Positions 23,950-34,703 of a stretch of 64,000 nucleotides of DNA are shown here, one piece after another. The stretch is from an uncultured Pseudomonadota bacterium. GTDB lineage: Bacteria > Oederibacteriota > Muellerivitia > Muellerivitales > Muellerivitaceae. The stretch spans positions 126,054-190,053 of the forward strand of contig CAWJKT010000003.1 in the NCBI GenBank assembly GCA_963843375.1. The letters run 5' to 3'. Each line of letters opens with the position of its first letter. Positions within the stretch are counted from its first letter, which is position 1. Under the pieces are notes generated by a model, which saw only the letters and a list, made by a program, of their open reading frames with translations, ran no database searches and was not told the origin of the DNA. Position numbers and translations under genes: made by a program.

Positions 23950-26501
23950 TTGAAAAACGGCGCCACTCTAATTGTCAAAGAAGACATTTCCACCCCGGTC
24001 GTGTCACTCAATATTTGGATTGAAGCGGGTTCTATTGATGAACACCCCGATGAAAGGGGAATGGCCCATTTAATCGAACATATGATTTTTAAAGGCACAT
24101 CTAACCGAGGTGTTGGCGAAATTTCCCGGCAAGTCGAGGCGGCCGGAGGTTATTTAAACGCGTTTACGAGTTTTGAACACACTTGTTTTTACGTCGTATT
24201 ACCCAGCGCCCAAATTGAAAAGGCCCTTGAAATCGAATTTGACGCTTATCTTAACTCAACTTTTGATTCGAATGAGCTTGCCAAGGAAAAAGAAGTTGTT
24301 TTTGAAGAAATGCGAATGCGCCAGGACGACCCTTGGAGCTGGTCCTGGGAGATCCTATTTCAGGATTCTTTTCAAGAGAATCCCTACCACTGGCCGGTCA
24401 TCGGGGACATGAAGATCCTGAAAGAAGTTCCGCGGGAAAGCCTCGTAAAGTATTACAAAAGACATTATGTCCCTTCCAATACGGTGATCGCGGTTGTCGG
24501 AAATGTCAAAGCCACCGAAAATTCTTGACTGGGTGAGAAAAAATTTCGAACCGAACTATTTTCCAAAAGCGCCGCAAAGGAAATTCCTATCCGATCCCGA
24601 GCCCCGAGAGATTCCAACTCCATGTCCAAAGCGGTGAAGTCCAGCAAATTTATTTGTCTCTTGGTTTTCCTTCAGTCCCGCTGAATCACCCTGACTCGGC
24701 TTCTTTAGAGATATTGGCCGCCCTACTGGGCGACGGCCCAGTAAGCCGGTTTAACCTTGCCCTGCGGGAAAAAAGTCAATCGGTCGACGATGTTGATGGC
24801 AGAAAATTTCTCGGGTAAATATGGGGGGGCGGTGGTTTTTCAGAGCTTTAACGGACAATGAACGTCTGGAATCCTGCGTTAGGGAAATGATGGCAGTTGC
24901 CAAAGGTACTTTTAGCAATGACATCCCCGGTGACGAGCTTCAGAAGGTTAAAAACAAAGTGAAGGCCTCCAAAATATTTGAAAAACAAAACATGGATGGG
25001 CAAGCGAAAAACCTTGGGATTTTGGGAACTCCAGGGTGATTTTGAGCTCGAGGAGAAGTTTATGAATGAACTCGACCTTGTCCAACCGGAAGACCTGAAA
25101 AGGGTGGGTGAAAAATACATTCAACCAAGCAGAGCTTCAATGGTCATCTATCATCCGAAAACCCAAAAAGTTAACGAAAAAGCTTTTTATTGGCAATCCA
25201 TCCTTAAAAAGGGAATGGAATCCATTCAACCCGCAATCCCCTCCCGGACCATTTCCGGGAAGGCGATCAAAAAAATCACACTTCGTGACGGGTCCGCGTT
25301 GTGGGTAAAGGAAAGAAAAAGTCTCCCGTTGGTTTCTATTGGACTATTCGTCAAAGGGGGCTTTTCGGATGAATCCAGAGACCAATATGGGATTACTTCT
25401 TTGATGACCAGGTGCCTGCAAAAGGGAACTCTGAGAAAAAGCTATGAAAATTTCTCCAATGAGATAGAAAGTTATGCAGCCCATTTGGATACTTCCATGG
25501 AAAAAGATTACTGGTACATTAATCTGGATGTCCTGAAACAGCATTTTGAAAAGTCCCTTGATTTAATGCTGGAATCTTTTCGGGAGCCGGCTTTTTCATC
25601 GTTGGAGGTTGAAAAAGAGAAGAAGATGCAACTTTCGTCCATTGCCCGCCTAAAAGATGATCCGGCCGAATACGCACTGCTCCAATCCGATGTATTGACA
25701 TTTGATCAAAGCCCTTACGCCCACATGCCGCTTGGAACCGCTAAAACCATTTCAAAACTTTCAGCCGTTGATATTCGGAAGTGGCACTATCGTTATCTTT
25801 CGGCGGGTAACTTTACCTTGGTTGCCGTTGGGGATATCGATCCTTTCCGCTTAAAAAGTATTTTGAATGAAAAGTTTAAAAATAGTACGCGTAATAAAAA
25901 TGTCTCTCGGAAAATTAATAACCAATCGACGGCCATCCGGGCCAAGACGCTCCAATTGGAAAGCGATAACCAGCAAGCCCATTTAGTTATGGGATTTAGG
26001 GCCCCCGCGTTTCATTCAAAAGAGTATTTTTCTTTCCGTGTCTTAAATACACTTCTGAATGGAATGGGTGGAAGGTTATTCACCGAATTGCGTGAAAAGA
26101 GAAGTTTGGCCTATAGTGTTTTTGCCGCCCATGATGCGGGGATTTCGGGTGGTATTTATCAGATCTATATCGGCTGTGCCCCGGAAAAAGTGGAAGAAGC
26201 CAAAAAGGAAATGTTGAAGGTCATAGATTCCATAATTCATGGATCATTCACCAATAGTGAAATTGAAAGAGCGAAAACTTACATGATTGGTTTATACCAG
26301 GTAGGGCTCCAAGCCAATAGGTCCCAAGTTCATTCTTATGCTCGTTATGAATTGTCGGGTTTGGGCGCCCCTTGGGTTGAAAAACTCCCAGAACTTATCC
26401 AAAAAGTAACACTTCGCGATATCCAGAAAGTCGCTCAAAAATATCTTGAATCTGAAAATAAAACTTGGGTCTATTTGACTCCTCGGACGAAAGGAAACTA
26501 G
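23950..26501 (+). CDS. M16 family zinc protease (two-module, PqqL-like); frameshifted at ~24530-25020
   Basis: GMAHLIEHMIFKG (HxxEH), NAFTS.E.T; second module with RLFTELREKRSLAY. Confidence 0.88.
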
Positions 26502-26502
26502 C

Positions 26503-26811
26503 ATGTTTGTCTTAACTAACTTTTTAGGGGCCTTTACAGATCTACTTGATTGGTTTTTGGGCGCGGCAATCATCCTTGTTATTGTTCGAGCGCTATTATC
26601 TTGGGTGAATCCGGACCCCTATAACGGTTTAGTCCGAGCTATCCACGCACTCTCCGAACCTATTCTAAAACCTTTTCGATATTTGTTGCCACCTTGGAAA
26701 CTAAATGGTTTGGATTTATCGCCCGTTTTTGCCGTCTTGGCCTTAGAATTTGTAAGAAGATTCGCAATTGCTACCCTTTGGGATATTATCAGCAGCCTTA
26801 AGTCAAATTAA
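26503..26811 (+). CDS. YggT family membrane protein
   Basis: ALLSWVNPDPYN..EP.L.P.R...P....LDLSP. Confidence 0.92.
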   Translation: MFVLTNFLGAFTDLLDWFLGAAIILVIVRALLSWVNPDPYNGLVRAIHALSEPILKPFRYLLPPWKLNGLDLSPVFAVLALEFVRRFAIATLWDIISSLKSN

Positions 26812-26860
26812 GAGCTTTTTAACCCTTCCCAGATGAATTATATTGACTCTGTAGTTTCAC

Positions 26861-29254
26861 TTGGTTTTCAAACCACAACACTGCGGGAGTTTTGAGTTGT
26901 TTTTTAGTTTATTACGTTTCTTTCAACGCTATTGGCTCTGCATTCTCTTCTTCATTAGCCAACCTCTTTTTGCCCTTGACCCCCAATCGGAACAGGATGC
27001 TTATGGGTTGGGGATGGGGAGCGCAGTGGCTGCCATTGCGGGTGGGACGCATGCTATTGAGTGGAATCCCGCCGGGGTCGCGCGGGCAACCCTTCCCATG
27101 GCACAAATGGGGTTAGGTTTTGACACCTCCTCAATGGACTTCCAGATTAACACTAGCGTTTTATATCCAGTTCAAGACGGAACTGTGTTTGCTTTATCAC
27201 AATTTTCTGATTTTCCAAAATCCCCGACTTCAACAACAACATATATCGGAACTATTGCTTTGCCCCTGAATTCTTCCAAGGATTTTTTCGTCGGCTTAAA
27301 CCTTAAATATTTAACGCTATCAACCCTCAATGGATCCGCCGTTGAAAACGGCCAGGGTTTTGGTTTGGATTTTGGATTAACTTATGATCTTCGTCGACCC
27401 CAGGGAACCTTGGCTTCTTTTGCTATCGCCATCAAAGATCTTGATACCGAAGTCCGATTAAACGATACGTTGGACCAACCTGTCACACGCACATTTATTT
27501 TGGGAGCAGCGTATGAAAGCATACCGGACACTCGAATTGAGATGGATTACGATATCATTGACCAAACTTTGCAGGACAGCGATTTGCATAACCGGTTGCG
27601 ATTAGGCGCGGAAAGATTCTTTGACGATAGGGTCTATTCATTTCGCTTGGGATATGACGACCTGTTTAACACCGATGGATATTTTTCTATGGGGGCCGGT
27701 TATCATCCCAATCAACCCTATGAAATCTCGTATTCCTTCAGGGTTTCAGCCAGCACCAGCCAATTTTCGAATTTTTTATCTTTAGTTTATCGTTTCGATG
27801 AAACCAATAAAAACGAAAGCGGTGGTGCGGCTCGCGCTTCCTCATCTACATCCGTAATCAACCTTGGAACCACATCAGATTTAACCGAGCCGCCGGCAAC
27901 TGCGGGTAAACCTGTTTCCTCCGTTCCACTTCAAAAAATGTCAATTCTGGTAGACCCGGCTGTCTTTTCACCCTCCGGAAAACAAAAAACGACTTCCATT
28001 TCTTTTCCCGAAGATAATTCGTCTAATGTAGCCCGTTGGATTGTTACGATTGAATCCCCCGACAAAAGAGTTGTCCGACGATTGGGTGGGACCGGCCCTA
28101 TCGAACCGTCTTTTATTTGGGAGGGTCTGGACGAAGAGGGGAAGCCCGTGCCGGAAGGGAATTATCGAATCGGGTTAAAAACATTTAACAAGAATAACGA
28201 CCTTCTTTCGGATGATTTTGCCTTGGTTTCGATTCTTTCACCACGGTCTCATTTCGAAATCGAATCAAACGAAATGTATTTTTCAAGTCATTCTTTGAAA
28301 AACAAAAAAAATGAAGTTATATTTAATGTAAATGCTGGTGGTTCACCCGAAGTTCAAACCTGGAATTTTGAAATTTCCCAATCCCAGACCAACCAAGTTG
28401 TATTTGAAAAGTCTGGGAAATCCAAGTTACCCAAATCCATCAGGTGGAATGGAAGAAACTTGAGAGGTGAACAGGTCTCCGATGGGCCCTATTCGTGTCT
28501 TCTTACTGCGCAAGATAAGGCCGGAAATCCTCTCAAAACGGATGCGGTTCAAATCTTCGTTCATAATGCACCGCCAGAATTGTCATTGAAGGTCGAGGAC
28601 AACTTGATGGATTTCTCATCCTTAAAAGAATTCCATTTCGATGTCAACGAGGCCGATTCAATAGGGATTGAAAGCTGGAAATTAGTTATTTTTGATGAAG
28701 ATCATCAACCGCTTAAATTAATAGAAGGAACGGGTGAACCCTCCAAGGAACTCATTTGGGATGGAAAGGTCAGTAATGGCCACGAAGTTGAATCCGGTTC
28801 TTTTCTTGAAGGAGTTTTCTCGGCAACCGATAAGGCCGGAAACACAGCCGTTTCAAATCCTCTTCCTTTGCAAATTGATTATCATACCCCTTCAAACCAG
28901 GAACAATTGACGCTTAATTTAACCACCGTATATTTTGCCCCCTTGAGCTCGAATTTAACCGAATCGGGAAAAAACGAAATCGAAAAAACGGCAGATTCGA
29001 TTAAGCCCTATATCCACAAGAGCGTTTTGATCGTTAAGGGTTATAGTTCTCCCGCGGAATCTGGTGATGCGCTTTCTTTGTCTCATGCCCGGGCCCTTGA
29101 AGTGAAGAAATACCTCATTAAAACCCTCAATATACCGGCTAACAATATTTATGCCGTTGGTTATTCCGACCGGGAGTCAATGAAATCTTCCGCAAATGTA
29201 ATAACGGACGACCTCAAACGTAAAGCCGTTCTCACGTTAACTACTTTGCCTTGA
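26861..29254 (+). CDS. PorV-like barrel + repeated FlgD-Ig domains + OmpA-like C-terminal domain
   Basis: AYGLGMGSAVAA...WNPAG; W.G.D..G..V..G.Y repeats and DKAGN motifs; VYF...S..L, GYS, LS.ARA..V..YL. Confidence 0.72.
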   Translation: MVFKPQHCGSFELFFSLLRFFQRYWLCILFFISQPLFALDPQSEQDAYGLGMGSAVAAIAGGTHAIEWNPAGVARATLPMAQMGLGFDTSSMDFQINTSVLYPVQDGTVFALSQFSDFPKSPTSTTTYIGTIALPLNSSKDFFVGLNLKYLTLSTLNGSAVENGQGFGLDFGLTYDLRRPQGTLASFAIAIKDLDTEVRLNDTLDQPVTRTFILGAAYESIPDTRIEMDYDIIDQTLQDSDLHNRLRLGAERFFDDRVYSFRLGYDDLFNTDGYFSMGAGYHPNQPYEISYSFRVSASTSQFSNFLSLVYRFDETNKNESGGAARASSSTSVINLGTTSDLTEPPATAGKPVSSVPLQKMSILVDPAVFSPSGKQKTTSISFPEDNSSNVARWIVTIESPDKRVVRRLGGTGPIEPSFIWEGLDEEGKPVPEGNYRIGLKTFNKNNDLLSDDFALVSILSPRSHFEIESNEMYFSSHSLKNKKNEVIFNVNAGGSPEVQTWNFEISQSQTNQVVFEKSGKSKLPKSIRWNGRNLRGEQVSDGPYSCLLTAQDKAGNPLKTDAVQIFVHNAPPELSLKVEDNLMDFSSLKEFHFDVNEADSIGIESWKLVIFDEDHQPLKLIEGTGEPSKELIWDGKVSNGHEVESGSFLEGVFSATDKAGNTAVSNPLPLQIDYHTPSNQEQLTLNLTTVYFAPLSSNLTESGKNEIEKTADSIKPYIHKSVLIVKGYSSPAESGDALSLSHARALEVKKYLIKTLNIPANNIYAVGYSDRESMKSSANVITDDLKRKAVLTLTTLP

Positions 29255-29345
29255 GTCGTTTCCCGGTTTGGTAAAGCGATTCCAAAGCCCCCCCTAAATT
29301 TGATAATATGTCACTGAAAATTCTTTTTGGGATATCGTTATTTTC

Positions 29346-30611
29346 ATGAAAAAACTGTTTTTTTTATTTTTATTCGCGATACTTTTTTTTGCCTTAGCCC
29401 AATTTTTACTGCAAAAAAATCACGAAATTTTAGACGATAAAAGCGTAATTCACCTCACGATGTGGAATGTTCCGCCGAAATCCTTGCCGCTGGATCGGCA
29501 ACTTTGGGAAGAGACCGTTAGCCGGTTTGAAAAGGAAAATCCGGATATCAAGATTGATGGAGTCGAAAGGGAATATCAACCGGAAGAGTTCATCACGGTC
29601 ATGGCCGGAGGAAAAGGCCCGGATTTAGTGAAGGTTTGGGCTGGTTCCATTCAAACTCTCGCCTCGCTTGGTTTTTTGGAGCCAATTGATTCCTACATAC
29701 AAAATTGGACCCAACAGGATTTTATAAATCCTGTCCTTTGGCAAAGTACCCAAGTCGGAAGCCACTTATATGGCATTCCGGCGGACACTTATTTTTTATT
29801 TTTACTTTATCGCAAGGATCTCTTTGCAAAAGCCGGTTTGAATCCTGATACTCCGCCCGCCACTTGGGAAGATCTTGTGACCGATGCCAGAATTTTAACT
29901 CAAAGGGATAAAGGGCAATATGGACTTGGTCTCGTACCCAAAACATGGTATTTCCAGGATTTTGTTTGGCAAGCGGGGGGTGAAATGGTTCGCATGGTGG
30001 ATGGAAGGCCCCATGCCGCCTTTTCAGAGGCTCCCGCCGTCCTAGCCTTGAAGTATTGGAAGGATTTAAGATGGAAATATAATGTTCTTCAACCCGATGT
30101 TCTCATTCAAGAACCCGAACTTTTGCATTTATTTGCCCTTGGGAAAGTTGCGATGATTTTGGGGGTGGCCAACGAATTGCCCGCACTAATCAGCCGATAC
30201 AAAATCGATCCGCAGACTTTTGGAATCGCCCCATTGCCAGCTGGCCCCGCGGGCCACGCCGCTCATTTAGGGGGAAATATTTATGTCATCAATGCTTCCA
30301 CATCGGAGGAAAAGAAAAAAGCGGCTTGGAAATGGATCGAGTTCGAACTCTCACCTCTGAACCAATTATGGAAATGGGAAAGGATGCATCAGCTTAATAT
30401 GGTGATTTTTCCCGGTGCCTTTGGATCCTCAACGGAAGTCACTAATATCCCGGAATTTAAACTCGTCAAAGACGCTTTGGACACCGCCAAGTTCGAGCCC
30501 CATGTCAATGGATGGCCGCAAGTCCGGGATCTTTTGGATGAAGACCCTTTGCAAAATATCTTATTAGATCCGGAGGCGGATCCTCAAGAGCTTATTGACG
30601 GCTTTTGCTAA
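29346..30611 (+). CDS. Carbohydrate ABC transporter substrate-binding protein (possible frameshift near the C-terminus)
   Basis: FEKENPDIKI, LYGIP, YRKDLF..AGL.P..PP.TW and AAWKWI motifs. Confidence 0.88.
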   Translation: MKKLFFLFLFAILFFALAQFLLQKNHEILDDKSVIHLTMWNVPPKSLPLDRQLWEETVSRFEKENPDIKIDGVEREYQPEEFITVMAGGKGPDLVKVWAGSIQTLASLGFLEPIDSYIQNWTQQDFINPVLWQSTQVGSHLYGIPADTYFLFLLYRKDLFAKAGLNPDTPPATWEDLVTDARILTQRDKGQYGLGLVPKTWYFQDFVWQAGGEMVRMVDGRPHAAFSEAPAVLALKYWKDLRWKYNVLQPDVLIQEPELLHLFALGKVAMILGVANELPALISRYKIDPQTFGIAPLPAGPAGHAAHLGGNIYVINASTSEEKKKAAWKWIEFELSPLNQLWKWERMHQLNMVIFPGAFGSSTEVTNIPEFKLVKDALDTAKFEPHVNGWPQVRDLLDEDPLQNILLDPEADPQELIDGFC

Positions 30612-30708
30612 ACGAAGCGGACCGGGATATACTTTTGAAAGCACCCTCGTCCCCTTAAACCAAGTTTGAGAGAACACCCGATTTAGATTCGACAAGGAGT
30701 TTGGTTTA

Positions 30709-31980
30709 ATGCCGGAATACAAACCTTTTTCAATTTACGACGATGATGAAGAAAAAGATAAATCCATTGCGATTCCAAAAGAAATGGTGGATGGGGGAAG
30801 CGAACTCAACCTTGAAATAGAGGACGCTTTAACCTCTGAGGATGATAAAACCCGCAATGAATTGAATCGACAATTCGACGGAGCTACTTCGCTCGCCACG
30901 GAAAAAGCTTCCAGTTCTGAATCATCGCATTCCCTTGAACAAACACCTTTCCTTCAGGGTTTATCCTCGGAAAGCGTCGAGGACAGGGCCAAGGCGATAA
31001 TCCGAAAACGCCAGGATACCGGAAAAATTCGAGACCGCCGGAAAGTTGCTTCGATCTTTGACCGGCCCATCGAACCGGACAAGGCCATTCGACAAGGCCG
31101 CGCGGCTTGGCATCCATTGAGTTACCGGGCGCAAGCTTTTTGGTTTTTGTTACCCGCGTTGATTTTTTTTGGCCTTTTTTATTTCTATCCAATGATCAAA
31201 GGGTTCCAAATCAGTTTGACCCATTACAGCCCCTTGGGACAGAGTGTGGACGTTGGCTGGGACAATTACAGCAGGGCTTTTGAGGATTCACGTTTTATTC
31301 AAACAGTTGTCAACGCGACTTTCTTCACCTTGTTTTCCCTGGCCCTTGGACTGTGGCCTCCAATATTACTGGCGGTATTTCTGAACGAAATAAAATTTGG
31401 GAAGGGGCTTTTCAAAGTGCTTTATCTGCTTCCCTTTGTTATCCCCGCCATTCCTGCAGCCAATCTTTGGAAATGGATGTTTGACGAGGGGTTTGGAGTT
31501 TTTAACTCGATTTTGGCTTGGATAGCGCCTTCCCTCACTCCCGTTGGATGGTTGACCGATCCCCGATGGGCTCTTATCTCCATTGTGATCATGTTTGTTT
31601 GGAAAAATACGGGATGGTTCATGTTGATTTATTACGCCTCTCTTCAAAATTTGCCCGAGGAATATTATGAAGCCGCGGAGTTGGATGGGGCCGGTCTTGT
31701 AAAAAAGTTTTTCAACATCACCATACCCCATTTAGGTCCCGTCATTGGAATCTTGTCAATTATCCAGGTCCTCACCGCATTTCAGATATTCACCGAAGTC
31801 TACGTTATGACGAACGGAGGCCCAATGCACGCGACTGAAGTGATAGGAACTTATATTTACAAGACGGCTTTTGGGGCGATGGATCTGGGCTATGCTTCGG
31901 CGATGGCAATGCTCATGTTCGCCGCATTACTTGTTTTTACGATGATTCGATTCCTTCAGATGAGACAATCAACCCGATAA
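30709..31980 (+). CDS. Carbohydrate ABC transporter permease with a long soluble N-terminal extension
   Basis: EAAELDGA (EAA motif), FLLPAL, VG..NY, T.GGP, GYASA. Confidence 0.9.
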   Translation: MPEYKPFSIYDDDEEKDKSIAIPKEMVDGGSELNLEIEDALTSEDDKTRNELNRQFDGATSLATEKASSSESSHSLEQTPFLQGLSSESVEDRAKAIIRKRQDTGKIRDRRKVASIFDRPIEPDKAIRQGRAAWHPLSYRAQAFWFLLPALIFFGLFYFYPMIKGFQISLTHYSPLGQSVDVGWDNYSRAFEDSRFIQTVVNATFFTLFSLALGLWPPILLAVFLNEIKFGKGLFKVLYLLPFVIPAIPAANLWKWMFDEGFGVFNSILAWIAPSLTPVGWLTDPRWALISIVIMFVWKNTGWFMLIYYASLQNLPEEYYEAAELDGAGLVKKFFNITIPHLGPVIGILSIIQVLTAFQIFTEVYVMTNGGPMHATEVIGTYIYKTAFGAMDLGYASAMAMLMFAALLVFTMIRFLQMRQSTR

Positions 31981-32001
31981 CCGAAAGAATAGGTTGGAAT
32001 A

Positions 32002-32931
32002 ATGGAAAATTTTGAAACCGTGATTCAAGAAAAAGGCAAGGCGAAACAAGTCCGGGGCCTGTTTTCCTCCCAAGACAGGAAAAAAAAGTCAATTCAGCTT
32101 CTTTTGGTGATCTCCTTTATTTTGCTAACCCTGGGGGCTTTGATCACTTTGGCCCCGATTTTGTGGATGATATTGGGTTCTTTTAAAACTCCATCCGAAA
32201 TTTATTCCGTTCCCCAGTCCTATATTCCCGAGAACTTTAATTTTGATAATTTCCGGGAGGCCTTGCGATTGGTCGACTTCAAACAGTATTTCTTGAATAG
32301 TTTGTTCATGTGCGTTTGTGTTGTCCTGGGGCAACTTCTTATAAGTTCAATGGCGGCTTACTCCCTCACCAAACTGCGCATCCGCTTTGCGGGTGGTATA
32401 TTGCTGCTTTTCATGACTAGTCTCATGGTTCCTTTTGAGGTTTTGGTCATACCGCTTTATTTGATCATGAAATTTTTCCCTTTTGGCCAGGATTTTCAAA
32501 ACGTCAACCTGATTAATACTTATTGGGCCCTCATCCTACCGGGTGTATTTAACGCCTTTAGCATTATTGTACTTAAGGATTTTTTTGACTCCATCCCGAA
32601 TGAGATTGTCTACGCCGCCCGAATCGATGGCTGCGGTGAAGTCAGGGTCTTTTTCCGTTTTATTCTTCCGATGACGAAACCTATCATGTCCATTCTTGGT
32701 ATTTTTTCTTTTGTCACCACTTGGAACAGTTTTTTTTGGCCCTTGATTGTTTTAAACAACCCAAATTATTATCCCCTCGTTTTAGGCGTCCAAAAACTCA
32801 TTGATACAGGGGAACCCTGGAATGTCGTTATGGCTGCTCTTGTTTTGAGCACTATTCCTTCGGTCCTTTTACTTTTTCTCTTTCAAAAAACAATCATTCG
32901 TGGGATCGCTTATACGGGTGTTTACGGTTGA
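32002..32931 (+). CDS. Carbohydrate ABC transporter permease (MalG-type)
   Basis: AARIDGC EAA-like loop, WNSFFWPLI. Confidence 0.92.
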   Translation: MENFETVIQEKGKAKQVRGLFSSQDRKKKSIQLLLVISFILLTLGALITLAPILWMILGSFKTPSEIYSVPQSYIPENFNFDNFREALRLVDFKQYFLNSLFMCVCVVLGQLLISSMAAYSLTKLRIRFAGGILLLFMTSLMVPFEVLVIPLYLIMKFFPFGQDFQNVNLINTYWALILPGVFNAFSIIVLKDFFDSIPNEIVYAARIDGCGEVRVFFRFILPMTKPIMSILGIFSFVTTWNSFFWPLIVLNNPNYYPLVLGVQKLIDTGEPWNVVMAALVLSTIPSVLLLFLFQKTIIRGIAYTGVYG

Positions 32932-33506
32932 TGACAGCTTTGAAACTTTCGGAAATACGCAAATGGGTTCGGACGCAAGTGAGCGGTCCGCGTTTAAGGC
33001 ATATTAAAGGGGTTGTTCAAACCTCGGAGAAGTTGGCGTCTTTTTATGGTTTGCCGGTTTCTAAAGTCCGGCTAGCCGCTTGGCTTCATGATTGCGCAAA
33101 GGAAAGGTCCAAAGCTGAAATGTTGGGTTGGATTAAAAAGTCCCACGGCCAATTGGATCGATGGGAAAAGAAAATGCCGGCACTTTGGCATCCGCTTGCG
33201 GCCGTAGGCATTGCTCTTCGCAAATGGGGAATTAAAGATCCCGGTATTCTAGAGGCTATTCGGTGTCATACATTGGGGAACCCGAAAATGAATCCGCTGG
33301 CCCAAGTGATTTTTATTGCTGATTTTATTGAACCTGGCCGGAGTTTTGATGGTGTTTCCCGGGCCCGAAAGTTGGCTTATGTGAGTTTAAGGAGTGGCGT
33401 TCTTACCAAGGCATCAATGACAATCGGATTTTTAATGGAGAATAAAATGAAAATCCACCCCCGGCTTCTCGAAACCTGGAATGCATTTTGTGACATAAAG
33501 ACATGA
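32928..33506 (+). CDS. yqeK: HD-domain bis(5'-nucleosyl)-tetraphosphatase YqeK
   Basis: R..H..GV, LHDCAK, H, AIRCHT.G and ADFIEPGR.F motifs. Confidence 0.88.
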   Translation: MMTALKLSEIRKWVRTQVSGPRLRHIKGVVQTSEKLASFYGLPVSKVRLAAWLHDCAKERSKAEMLGWIKKSHGQLDRWEKKMPALWHPLAAVGIALRKWGIKDPGILEAIRCHTLGNPKMNPLAQVIFIADFIEPGRSFDGVSRARKLAYVSLRSGVLTKASMTIGFLMENKMKIHPRLLETWNAFCDIKT

Positions 33507-34366
33507 AAAAATTCAAAACTATCATCCTTCTTGTTTTCGGTTTTACTCTTTTGGTCTTTTCCTTCACCTCTTTAAAGAGCCATCCAATAATTTTGTTTGT
33601 TTTAAAAGTACAGGGGGATACCGTTCAAGCCTATAAAGTGAACGCTTATTTAAATGGGGTTGAGCCAACGGTGGAGGCGATTGGCCTTACTAACGAACAG
33701 AAAAAAGAAGGCGGGAAAGTGCTCGACGAAAGAAACGAGAGCGATTTGGAAATGTTTTCCAAAAACTTCGGTTCTTTCTCTGCCGTAATAGGCATGCCTA
33801 CCACGCAGGAAGACTGGCCTGAATATTTGGGAAACGGCCTGAAGTGGTTTAAGGATGGCATGGCGCAGGATGTTTTTGACAACTTGCAATGGACTGATCG
33901 GCTTTATTTAGCAATGTACTTGAAGTGTCCGCCCCTTAAGGAATTCTCCTCGACCGAATTCACGCCAGGGCAAGCGGTTGAAAGCAACCCGACTGCGTCT
34001 CCATCCTCTATCGCCCTCCAGCCCACTCCCGAAAATCCTTCGGGGATCGTCCGAGTGGAAATTCTAAATGGTTGTGGTATAACTAATGCCGCCGAATGGG
34101 CCGCCCGTCGGATGCAAGGCCAGGGAATTACCATTGTCGATTCAGGTAACGCAGATAATTTTAAATACCCTAAAACTATCGTCCGAATTTCTGGGGAAAT
34201 GCCGGCGGCTTTGGAAGAAGCTTTGGGCCGGTTGGGCCTTTCAAAAGATTCGATCCAAAATACATTCGCTTCGACCTCCAAAGTGGACGCAGTCGTAATT
34301 GTCGGAAAAGATTTTCATCTGTTGAAAGGACACCGCCGTGAGCGAAATCATAACAGAGAGGAATAA
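33503..34366 (+). CDS. Membrane-anchored LytR C-terminal domain protein
   Basis: VEILNGCG..NAA, GNADNF.Y..T.V and VIVGKDF. Confidence 0.82.
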   Translation: MKKFKTIILLVFGFTLLVFSFTSLKSHPIILFVLKVQGDTVQAYKVNAYLNGVEPTVEAIGLTNEQKKEGGKVLDERNESDLEMFSKNFGSFSAVIGMPTTQEDWPEYLGNGLKWFKDGMAQDVFDNLQWTDRLYLAMYLKCPPLKEFSSTEFTPGQAVESNPTASPSSIALQPTPENPSGIVRVEILNGCGITNAAEWAARRMQGQGITIVDSGNADNFKYPKTIVRISGEMPAALEEALGRLGLSKDSIQNTFASTSKVDAVVIVGKDFHLLKGHRRERNHNREE

Positions 34367-34703
34367 GTTAAAAAAATTATTTTCCAACACGACCTCCAGG
34401 ATACTTATGGGGGTTTGGCTCATTGTGAAGGGGTCCCGGTTTTCCATGAAGTCCATCGCGGAACTTATTTCCTTTCCGGAGGACGCGCTTGAAACCAAAC
34501 TCCAGACCTTCGCCGGAATGGGCTTGGTTCATGTTACCTCCGATTCCGAAGGCGAAAGACAAGTGGAATTCTTGCCCGCTCCGACCCCGGAGATTGAGAA
34601 AATAATCTGGGAGTTGTTTGACGGCCGTAAAAGCGACTATGAAGCCGTCGAGCTCAAGATGCGCTCTTTGATTTATAAAAACTTACTATCGATGCCTCTT
34701 TAA
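34338..34703 (+). CDS. Hypothetical protein, winged-helix-like
   Basis: Operonic position; SIAELI...LETKLQ.F...GLVHV pattern. Confidence 0.6.
   Translation: MSEIITERNKLKKLFSNTTSRILMGVWLIVKGSRFSMKSIAELISFPEDALETKLQTFAGMGLVHVTSDSEGERQVEFLPAPTPEIEKIIWELFDGRKSDYEAVELKMRSLIYKNLLSMPL

Noticed and set aside
18463..26501. Programmed frameshifting or pseudogenisation of the GGDEF-EAL gene, rnr and the M16 peptidase
   Set aside because: The same breakage affects essential obgE and many unrelated genes; sequencing error is the simpler explanation.
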